Assembly: GCF_964355755.1 (NCBI RefSeq)
Contig: NC_092677.1
Coordinates: 8,020,101-8,084,100, forward strand
Direction of reading: 5' to 3'
Length of the DNA: 64,000 bases
Origin: Antedon mediterranea
Lineage: Eukaryota > Animalia > Echinodermata
Shown piece after piece: positions 27,229-38,200 of the stretch. Made by a program: the position numbers and the translations under genes. The notes under the pieces are model-generated. The model ran no database searches, was not told the origin of the DNA, and saw only the letters and a program-made list of their open reading frames with translations. The first letter of the stretch is position 1; each line of letters opens with the position of its first letter.

Positions 27229-27301
27229 CGACCAGCATGGGAATCGAACCCACGACATACGTGTTGTTAACACGACGCTCAGACGACTGAGCTAACTGAT
27301 C
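27229..27301 (-). pseudogene. tRNA-Ile(AAT)-like sequence with AAC anticodon, left-arm copy
   Basis: Reverse complement of 29668-29740 with 2 substitutions; cloverleaf with A and B boxes. Confidence 0.6.
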
Positions 27302-27399
27302 ATTTTGGTTTTAGCAAGGTTTATAGGATATTTATGACGTAATAATGAATTACGTAATACACGTATAAATAGACTATTATCAGCTGTTCAGTCATGTTT

Positions 27400-27476
27400 C
27401 AGTTTGTGGTGCAACGGGTAATGCTTAGTTTTGAGTGCTATCAGCTGGGGTTCGAACCTCGACGGATATTTTTTTT
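27400..27476 (+). other. Second degenerate tRNA-like Pol III unit (further copies at ~27663-27736 and inverted at ~29492-29572)
   Basis: TGGTGCAACGGG A-box-like sequence, GGTTCGAACC B-box, then a T-run; no intact cloverleaf. Confidence 0.45.
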
Positions 27477-29667
27477 ATGAATATTGATTTTTTTTTTGTA
27501 TGGCATTCACTTTTCCATTAAATAGACACCATAAAACCCCAAAAATAGCCCATGTGTTCCTCATTTTTTAGTACTCTTGGGTACGGTGGGCTTCTTTTCA
27601 ACGGGTAAGCTTCTTTTCGTAATACACGTATAAATAGACTATTATCAGCTTTTCAGTCATGTACTTGGTGGCGTAACGGGTAATGCTCAGTTTTGAGTGA
27701 TATCTGCTGGGGTTCGAACCTCGCGACGGATATTTTATGAATATTGTTGTTTTTTTTTTAAAGAGAGATATGTGACACTGTATTGTCGAACATGAATGGT
27801 ACCATACCGGTAGGTATTCAAATATGCTTAATCGATGTAAAAATACTTTTAAAATAATAATTCATCAATTCTCATCTTTTATTATCTCGTAAAAACTTTT
27901 ATTACAATTCCTTGGAAGTCATTCTAAGAAATAATACATCACCTGAAACCTGTAATATTATTGTGTAATATAAAATAGTACACATTTTCTGTATGTAGTA
28001 GGTTTAAGCGTATACACACATTCTCACGTGTATGTCATTGCGTACACATTGTGATGACAGCCTGGTTATGAAGACGTGTCACATGACAAACGTCTTCACA
28101 AACATTCCACCAATCAATTTACGGATATCCACATTCTATTGGCCTACATAGTCAATGTCCGCATCTTTTAAACGAACGCGGACAATGCGCACACATTATA
28201 ATGACCGCCTCGTTATGATGACGTGTCACATGATTAAACGTAATAATTATTCACATTCCACTAATCAACTTACGCCTACCACAGCCTTTTGTATAGGTGT
28301 TTGAGGCTGTCATTTATAGGCGTATACGTACGCAGTGACGGTGTGCGTTTATACACATCAACAAGTGTATACGTACGGACATTGAATGTTTGTGAATATT
28401 TTACTGTGTTTGTCATGTGACACGTCTTCATTGTAGTTTGGTATGCCGTGCGTTTGTTATGCAAATGAGTGTGTACATGTGCTGTGGGAAAGATGGTATT
28501 GTTAGTCATTCGCGATCAACACACAACACTGTTCAATTTTTATTTTGTTTTTTCTTTTATTCTTTTACATTATAATTATAATTCTACCGTTACAAAGTAT
28601 AGTGTATTTTTAAATATCCGTTTTATGCAAGATATTGTATTGTAGGCCTACTAATAATATTAAGTTGTGAGTAAAAGTTGATGGTAGAATAAATAAATAA
28701 ATAAATATGTTTTAAGCAGATCCTCGAAATTGAAGCATATGGAGTCAAGTTTCTTAAAACCCAACCTAAAATTCGCATCTGTATAGTTGAAATTTAACAT
28801 TATAATTATCAAAGGCCGCGTGCATTGCATGTGTCACACTTGGAAAACAATCACCATTGTATGGCTGGTCCTGAAAACTGTTATATTTCGTTTCATAATT
28901 TCCGGGGACTAAGCTTTCATTCTTAGCTCTGCCCCAACCATGGTGAGCTTAACTGGAGACTTAATATTTAATTTCATATTTCAATAAATATTTTTTCAAA
29001 ATTGTCTTTGCTCAGCCCCAATCATGGTGGGGTAGTGAAGACTCTTATATATCATGTTTCAAATTACTATAGATATCATTTCTGGGGACCTTGTAGCTAT
29101 TTTAAACAGTTTGGTAAGCCCTGCGTTGTTATGCAAATGAGTTTGTGCAGGTGTAATGGGGAAGATGATATTGTTAGTCCTACGTGGTGAACACGCTACA
29201 AAATTAAATTTAAAAGTTAAATTTTGATTTTGCTAATCTTTATTAGAAATTCAAATCATGTATGTAAAGATACAATGTTCCGGGCGGGAACATAGAAGCT
29301 CCCCTCCTTTAGTTTGCAAAGGTAATCTTGAAAAGAACCCCATGCGGAAAAGAAGCTTACCCGTTGAAAAGAAGCCCAGTACCGTACCCAAGAGTACTAA
29401 AAAATGAGGAACACATGGGCTATTTTTTGGGGTTTTATGGTGTCTATTTAATGGAAAAGTGAATGACATACAAAAAAAAAATCAATATTCATAAAAAAAA
29501 TATCCGTCGAGGTTCGAACCCCAGCTGATAGCACTCAAAACTGAGCATTACCCGTTGCGCCACAAACTGAAACATGACTAAACAGCTGATAATAGTCTAT
29601 TTATACGTGTATTACGTAATTCATTATTACGTCATAAATATCCTATTAACCTTGCTAAAACCAAAAT

Positions 29668-29740
29668 GATCAGTTAGCTCAGTCGGCTGAGCGTCGTGTT
29701 AACAACACGTATGTCGTGGGTTCGATTCCCACGCTGGTCG
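29668..29740 (+). pseudogene. tRNA-Ile(AAT)-like sequence with AAC anticodon, right-arm copy, followed by ~165 nt structured tail and T-run
   Basis: GATCAGT-TA-GCTC-AGTCGGCT-GAGC-G-TCGTG-TTAACAA-CACGT-ATGTC-GTGGG-TTCGATT-CCCAC-GCTGGTC-G; all four stems pair apart from one anticodon-stem mismatch. Confidence 0.65.
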
Positions 29741-32243
29741 GTGGAATAGAGTTAAGGCTATGCGAGCCACTGTGTTTGGGGTCCCCCTTTCCACCACACA
29801 TCATGAGGCGACAACATCAATGCATCTGGTGATGTGGTGGAAACGACCCCAAAAGGCTGTGGCAGGGCCTTAGTGCTGAGGCAGGGAGAGCACATTTACC
29901 ATCTTTTTTTTTTTTGGCTCTCGCCAACTGCTTTGATGGTTTAAATTTTATGTTTAGCGCCCTCAATTTATTTTAATGTCTAAAAAGGGAATTAATTCTC
30001 TTCGTTACGTGTTTAGACGAGAATTAATTTTATCTCATCCTAGTTATGCCGTGCGTTGGTTATGCAAATGAGTGTGCACATGTGCTGTGGGAAAGATGGT
30101 ATTGTTAGTTATTCGCGATCAACACACAACACTGTTCAATTTTTATTTTGTTAATCTTTTACATTTGAATTGTAATTCTATCGTTACACATTAGTGTATT
30201 TTTAAATATCCGTTTTATGCAAGATATTGTATTGTAGGCCCACTAATATTATGTTGTGAATAAAAGTTTATGGTAGAATAAATAAATATGTTTTAAGCAG
30301 ATCTTCGAAATTGAAGCATATGAAGTCAAGTTTTTTTAAACCCAACCTAAAATTCGCATCTGGATAGTTGAAATGTAACATTATAATTATCAAAGGTGAT
30401 ATGATAAATCTTATTGTTTTCTAAATTATAGAAATATTAAAATTAGTAAGTAGGCTTTTGTGTGCTAGCTCTGTTTGTATTTCATAATATTTGTTGAATT
30501 ACCGTCACGGCCGCGTGCATTGCATGTCTCATTGTATGGATGGTCCTGAAGACTTTTATATTTCGTTTCATAATTTCCGGGGACTAAGCTTTCATTCTTA
30601 GTTCTTCCCCAACCACGGTGAGCTTAACTTGAGACTTTATATTTAATTTCATATTTCAATAAATATTTTTTTCAAAATTGTCTTTGCTCAGCCCCAATCA
30701 TGGTGGGGTAGTGAATAATCTTATATATCATGTTTCAAAATACTATAGGTGTCAGTTCTGGAGAACTTGTAGCTATTTTAAACAGTTTGGTAAGCCGTGC
30801 GTTGTTATGCAAATGAGTTTGTGCAGTGCAGGTGTAATTGGAAAGATGGTATTGTTAGTCATTCTCGGTCAACGCGCCCCATTGTTAAATTTTGATTTTG
30901 TTAATAAATGTTGCAACATTGGTAGCGAAATGTCCGATTCTTCATAGTAGTTGGTGTGTATGGCCGCACCGTCCCAGAATAAACATGTTTTAAACAGATA
31001 GTTTGTCTCCGATGGTTTTTGTATGGGGTTAATGGAGAGTGAAATAAGATCAAGTATAGAACATTTGCAAAGATGCCGATTTCTAGACCAAATTCGAAAC
31101 TTAGACTAATTCCGCCGCCGGGCTAGGCCTTAGGCATATACGAAGTCGAGTTTTTTTTCCTTCAAAGAATAAGTGCACTTTCCGGGGACACTAAATAAGT
31201 GTTTTATCTTAGACAAACAAAAGTTATTAAAATCACTGATATAGCTTGAAACTAATTTTTCTTTTGCATTACGGATGGAGTAACCGATATACCAAGTTTG
31301 AAATATTTTTGAGGTTTGGACGGCTGAGGAGGTATTGCCTTTAACAAAGATAACGAATTAATAGAACGTCTTATTAGAAAAGTTAACAGAATCACTGTTG
31401 TCTGTTTGCCTTCTGTTAATACTCTTTTTAGAGTCAGGGTTACAAATTCGTTTTGTCATATAATGACTGATGAGACTCATCTCTCTATGATGTGATTGTC
31501 CGGGCATTATATCCCCAGAAGTGGACGTATGAGAGTTCCTGCTTTTACCACCAACAGATAAGTTAAGGATATTGTTTTCTTTTAAAAAAGGTAACTTGTG
31601 GGGTGATCTGATCTTTTATTTGTATTCAATATATATGTTTTACCTTGTTGTATTGCAAGCTGCTGTAATGTAATTCTTATGGAGATAATAACGCATGTCG
31701 TATGTCGTAAAGATATTAAAATTCAGTGACTTTATTTCTATTTTATATCACTGTGCTCCCCTGGTACCAAATTGTGTCCACTTGAGCACAGTGCACTAAA
31801 ATACGAAAAGATATTACAATTCAGTGACTTATTTCTATTTTATATCACTGTGCTCCCCTGGTGCCAAATTGTGTCCAGTGTTTAAACATATGAACGGATA
31901 TTAAAATGTTGTGACTTTATTTCTATTTTATATCACTGTGCTACCCTAGTCCTCAATTGGGTCCACTTGAGCAGTTACCGTAGTACTATTTCTGTTATTG
32001 AAGTTAATAAATGCATAGATGGCGCTCCGTAGAGAAGTAGAGAATACTCCAGTTGTCAGAATGACACTCTGAATATACCTCATATACCTCGAATATACCT
32101 CATGTGTTATATTAAGAGGTATATTTTACACAACACGTATGTACCTCTGCCATGGTTTTGCTACCGATTACGTACTCCAAATATACCTCGGTTCACAGTG
32201 TGAGAACCGGCTTTTAAAGAAGTAGCGAAGGCATTTAAATAAA

Positions 32244-35200
32244 ATGCAATTTAAATTCAATGTTTTGGCCTTTTGGGCTTTTTATTTAATAAAACTTATA
32301 TTCCCAGCATTTAGTCAAGAGTTTATAGGATGTGGAGGGTTTGTTAAATCCGACATAGAAATAAATTACTCCCGTATTCAGGTAAGTAAATTATCCAGGC
32401 CAGTAAAGTCAGTGGCTGGCTAGGCCTAATAACTTGCTAGCCAGGGCCCAGGCAGTCCGCCAGGAGCCAGTTAGTTAGCTGGCCTACATCACCGATCCGG
32501 TTACACCTAGGCCTAGGATAGATAACTTAGGCGCCCAGGAAACTAAACTCGGATCTATAGCCTCTCAAGACCTACCTAGCTTTATGGCAGGTGATTTCGT
32601 TAGAATAGTTGATAAGAAAAAATGATGAATTAAATTTAAATTTTATTTTCCAAAATTAATTTTTATTTTATGTATGACGATGACATGTAATTATATAGTA
32701 GGTCTAGGCTAGGCCTACAATTATATGTAACATGATTTGCAGTTTGGATTGAATTGAGTATTTGGATTAAAAAATTGCGTAGCACGATATGCAAGAGAGC
32801 AATTCATTTTCCAACATTGTTGATAAAACCACAAATCCTATATAAATATTGTTTGTAGTTTTTATTATAAAATAATAAATTGAATTTCTTGAATGAATTT
32901 GAAATTGCCAAAAAAAGCGGGTGTCTAGAAAACTCAGATATAGAAAACTCAAATCTCAGATATATCTAAGTTTTCTAGATCTAGAAATCTGAGTTTCCTA
33001 GACACCCAAAAAAAAGCATTTGGTGGAGAAATCATTTCACAATTTCAAGTGTTTCAAATCTTTCAAATCATGCAATGATAATAAACTGTAGGGTACAGAA
33101 TGAACTTTTTTTTTCAGGTTAAAGTTTATAATAAACAAGGTGCTCTGAAATACCATACAGACTGTGCTCCCAACAATGGGTACTTCATGATACCTATTTA
33201 TGACAAGGGGGAGTTTGTACTGAAGATAGAACCACCTGAAGGTTGGACTTTTGGTGAGTTACACACAGGCCTTGTAGTTGTGCAGTAAATGCTACATACA
33301 TTATACTGTACAATAATGATGATTTATGCTAACGATGATTTTGATAATACAGTTGTAAGAGTTGAGTTGATAGTGAAGATATACTGTCTGTGGGCTACCT
33401 CATTTTTTAAAATTGAATATACAGTAAAGACAATTAGAATCTGGTTTTAAGAGAGCATGTTTTCTGGGTTTTTTCCATTGGCCAATGGATCCATTTCTTG
33501 GAATATTTGTAATACTGTTTTACAATTGTATTTTATTAGATCAAAGCCAAAAGCAATAATAATTATTGGTTCATCATAATTCATGAAATTATCTTCCAAA
33601 ATGTACATATACAAAATTCACTTGCACTGATGAAGCTCTGCTAACTTTTCTGGCTGTTTACTTTATCGTTTTGATTTAGCTTTTCGCTTTTTTTTTGTAT
33701 CTCCATTGAGATCCAGCCACTGATACCCACAGCATTTTTTTCAGTAATTTGCCTTTGGATTTATGTACAAAATTCATATACAAATTTACAAATATAAATT
33801 CAAAGGAAAATTACTGACAATGTTGTGGGTATCAGCGGCTGGATCTCAATGGAGTATACAAAATAAAATAAGCAAAAAGCCAAATCAAAATGATAAAGTA
33901 AAACAGCCACAAACATTTACAAATATATAAATATAAAAAACATATACTGAATGATACTACTATCTACACATCCACCTAGCACCTTGGGATGGTCTTTAAT
34001 GATTTGTTAAGGAGCGAAGTATAATGTAATAATATAAATTTATCTCCACAGAACCAAGAGATGTTAAATTAAACATTGATGGTAAAACTGATGTATGCAG
34101 TCGCGGAGAAGATATTAATTTTAAATTTATGGGTTTTGCTGTTGAAGGAAAGGTACTTTTATCCATAACAACAACATGCAAAAAATATCATTATTACAAA
34201 CTTGTAGGACTTTAAAAAAGGAGTTTTAGAAATCTATTAACTTTTTCCAAAAAACAATATAAACAAAAAAAATAATGATATCGCTAAATAAAAAAAAGAG
34301 AATATAAACCATAAAAAAATATGGTATTGATATGATGTCATTGTGTCCATATAATGGGCACCATCGCATTTTTTGTCACATAAAGTTTAATGTAGAGCTT
34401 AAGATTTTTAAACTTCCATTAAGCTAATTTTTCATGTAGGCCTATTAGGCCTTACTTTATCTTAGTTTAATAATTCTTTTGTGTGTGAAAAATATCAATA
34501 AAATAATTATGCAGGTATGTTCCAAGTCCCACCACTGAAAAATGACTTGAAGCTCATCAACTGACACTGTAGGTGAGGGAAATACATCTCGCTCTGATTA
34601 CTAATGTTTACAGGATACACGATTTATTTGTACGCTTGATTACATTAATTCAATGTAAGGATATATTCTGTCGGGGAACTTTAATACGATAATTTAATTT
34701 CAAACTAACAGTACTGTACCAATTTTTGTTAAATGTTTTTTAATCTTACACTCAGGTCATCAGCAAAGGTCAAAGTGTAGGACCAAAGGATCTTGTTGTT
34801 TCCATGGCAATGAAGGGAGGTCAGGTGAAACCATTGACAACAGCCACTGACAATACTGGAAAGTATGGCCACTGAATTAAATTAAAAAAAAATATTTAGA
34901 GAAACTCATTGAGGAGCCTTTAAAATCATAAAAAAATTAGCTGTTGAAAATAACCTAAATAATTATGCATAAAAGAAATATTGTAAAACAAAAGTAATAA
35001 ATAATATATTTAGAGACAATACAAACAATAATGCATAAAAGAACTGTAATAAAATGTGTAAAAGAATAAAAGTACTGTATAGAGTAATATAAGAGTCATG
35101 ATCAGGCCTATTCAGATTTTTAAGTTAAGAATACATTTTTTAAAAAACAAGAGAAGAACTTTTTTTTTTGAAAAATAAAAGCTAATTTTGTGTAATATAC

Positions 35201-38200
35201 AGCTTTATGTTATTACAAATTTCTGTTCATCTTAGATTTAAGTTTCCAATGATTTTACCTGGTGAATACATTGTAACTGCTACACATCCAGTTTGGAAAT
35301 TTGAAAAGCATTCAACAACTATCACAGTTGACAAGGATACTGTTGTCCTTAGTGATGCACTCATCATTGCTGGATATGATGTCAGAGGTCAAGTGTCAAG
35401 TGAGGGAGAAATGGTCCCAAATGTTAAGTTTGTGTTGCTGTCTGACACAATGAAGCCACAAGTAAGGGGTTTTGTAATTGTCTGAAATAAATATATTTTT
35501 AATCTACAGGGAACTATCTAAAGTCTGTTTTTAATTTCCGAGTTTGCCACTATTTTGGTGTCCACACTAGTTATTTTGTCCATCTGCAAGCAAGATCACA
35601 TAACAAAACTCTTATCTGATATGTTGAGTTCACAAACCTCTTCAAACTACAGTTTGTCATCTATTTGGTAATGGTATTGATAGCATAGCAAGGTAAACGG
35701 TATTGTTTTTTGCCTATGAAATCACCTATTATTATAATAAATTTGCTTTTGCAGGATGTGTCCGATTGTCAGAAAAAAGCTCCTGCTGGTTTCCAGAATT
35801 CTGGCAGCAAGACATTCCTGTGTCATGTTCAGTCTGATGCATCTGGTCTGTTCATATTCCCAAGTATGCCAACTGGAAAATACTCAGTGGTGAGGTTCAC
35901 TGTACTGTACAATATACTACATTAGTTTATAACTCCCTTTTACGAGAGATTACCAGTGAAAGACCTTTGAAAAATGTACTGTACTACAGAATATTGGTAT
36001 TATTTTTGTACGCCTTGAGCACTTTGTGGATATGTGCGCTTTATAAATCTTATCTTACTGAATAAGTTAATTTTTTTCTATTTTATTTTTCATTTAATTC
36101 CATTGCAGGTTCCATTCTATCGAAGTGACCTTACGACCTTTGACCTGACTCCAGCTAATTTAGACATTACTGTTGGCCATTCTAGTTTAAAGCTTAGTGT
36201 AAGTAAAATAATTGCAGATAATTATTAGTGTGTAAAAGCTATTGGAGGGGCTTCTTTTCAAACTCATGATTGTAGTTTCCAAATATACTCCCTTTTGTCA
36301 CATACAGTTTGATAATGTAGACAGAGCTGCATATAATAAGGCTTCTTAAGGCATATTATATTACTAATTGTAAATTACTTGATATAAGTGTCAATGGTAT
36401 ATATTTTAAAATTACTTATGTTCAAAAAGAGAGGAATGATGTTTTCTGAGGATCATCACAAGGCTTCTTTTAAACAGGTTATTTAACAGTACATTGTATA
36501 TTGCTTTACAGACTCCATTCAAAATTGAAGGATTTTCTGTGATTGGCAGAGTGGTTAACTCTGTGAAGGTAAGGATAAGCACTCAACAAATGATATATTT
36601 TACCTAGTTGTATCTATTATTGTTATATATAATTAGTAGTGGCATAAGTTTAAATAGAACATCTATAATGATCATCTAATTAGACAACTTTTTCAATGGC
36701 TCAAATAAACAACCAACGTTGCTGTTGAAGGCTTCTAAGTAGAGAACAAACGTAAATATCCTCTATGGAAGAGTTTACCTATATTCATATCAAATTTAAA
36801 AAAAAATTAGGGCAAAGGTATAGCGGGCGTGACAGTGACCGTCAACAAACAGACGCCAACCACCACAAAAGCAGATGGATCCTTCCGTCTTGAAAAGATG
36901 AAATCAGGTCACTATATGATCAGTGCCGTCAAAGAGCACTACCACTTCAATGAACTAACCACCAAGATTACTGCCAATACACCAGAGCTTGCAGACATTG
37001 TCGCAGCCAGGTATGTGTATTATGCTAACAACAGGATTTACTTGTCTAAGGATCTAAAGCTCTGTCCACACCATCAACCTTGTTTGACAAAAAGTTTGAT
37101 GTGCCCAAATATGATAGTGAATCATATCCATGTATGGGCACATCACATTTTTTGTTGCATCAAGTGTAGACAGAGCTTGTATAGGACTGTAAACAAAACC
37201 ATCTCAGAACAATCACTAAGCTCTCATATTAAACATATTGATTTTTAACATAACCCATATTTTCTATTTCAAGATTTGATTTGTGTGGCCATCTTCAAAT
37301 TGATCAATGGCCATCTGGTCTGGCAAAGCGATCTCACAAAGTTGTTGTGGCAGGAAAAGACATTAAACCGATGTCAAAGACAGTTGATAAGGAAGGGAAG
37401 TTTTGTCTTGATGTTGCACCAGGAACATACACTGTCAAGGTAAATGAATCAGTCAGTATGTTAATTTAATGTATATCTATTCATACAATTTATGATTGAA
37501 AAATTATAGTTGTTTTAGGACGGGAAACATTTTCTCTCGTCCTGTATACGCTACCGGAAAATTTAGTTTTGTAAACTCTGGCAATTGACATACAAACAAT
37601 ATAGTTTCATTGAATTGTTTTGGAACATCAACCATACAAGAACTTTTCCATTTCAACATAGTAATTGTTCTTGTTTCTGTTTGATGATCTTCATTTTATA
37701 TCTCTAATTGCTGCTAATAAGCAAAAATAACCAGTATTTTGATGACAACAATCAACAAAATAGCATACTAAATTTTTGTTGCAGGTTGAAATCAGTGATG
37801 CAGAACATGCAGCAGGCTTTCAACTAGTTGAAGCGACTCGTGAAGTTATCATATCAAACAGTCCTGTATTAGATGTTAATTTCCAACAATTTAAGGCAGT
37901 GATACAAGGCTTTGTTTACTGTCTTGGTGAGGCTTTTGTCTAGGCATTCTTTAAGGAGCATGTCAAATTATTTTACTGCATTTACTGCAGTAAAGTTGGT
38001 TTACCAATTAAACTACAGTAACTGCAGTAGAAAGTTGATTCATTCAATAAATATATATATAATAAAAGGCTACTGCTGCCCGAAAGCTCTCCAAATTTTT
38101 ATGACTGTTTTACATTATCGTTTTTATTTAGCTTTTTGCTTGTTTTATTTTGTATCTCCATTGAGATCCAGCCAATGATACCAAGCATTGTAATTTTTTT

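Larger units (their letters stand above)
22540..32101. mobile_element. Giant nested inverted-repeat (foldback-like) structure filling the LIPE-NOMO intergenic space
   Basis: 22567-22641 is the reverse complement of ~31995-32081; 22848-22921 of ~31911-31981. The ~80-bp unit containing CACAGTGATATAAAATAGAAATAAAGTCAC recurs at 22890, 24440, 24537 and inverted at 31726, 31824, 31911. Inner arms ~25780-27620 and ~29350-31160 are near-identical inverted copies. Confidence 0.75.

Noticed and set aside
29668-29740. Functional tRNA-Val(AAC) gene
   Set aside because: The body is Ile-like, the anticodon stem has a mismatch, the D-loop is shortened, there is no terminator directly downstream, and it is embedded in a repeat.
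29800-29836. SECIS element (ATGA..AA..GA)
   Set aside because: Spacing after the AA is too short and helix II does not pair; no selenoprotein ORF upstream.
26046-30947. Repeated ORFs beginning MSLLSPNHGGVV as a small gene family
   Set aside because: They are translations of the repeat unit with TTG starts, and the frames diverge between copies.
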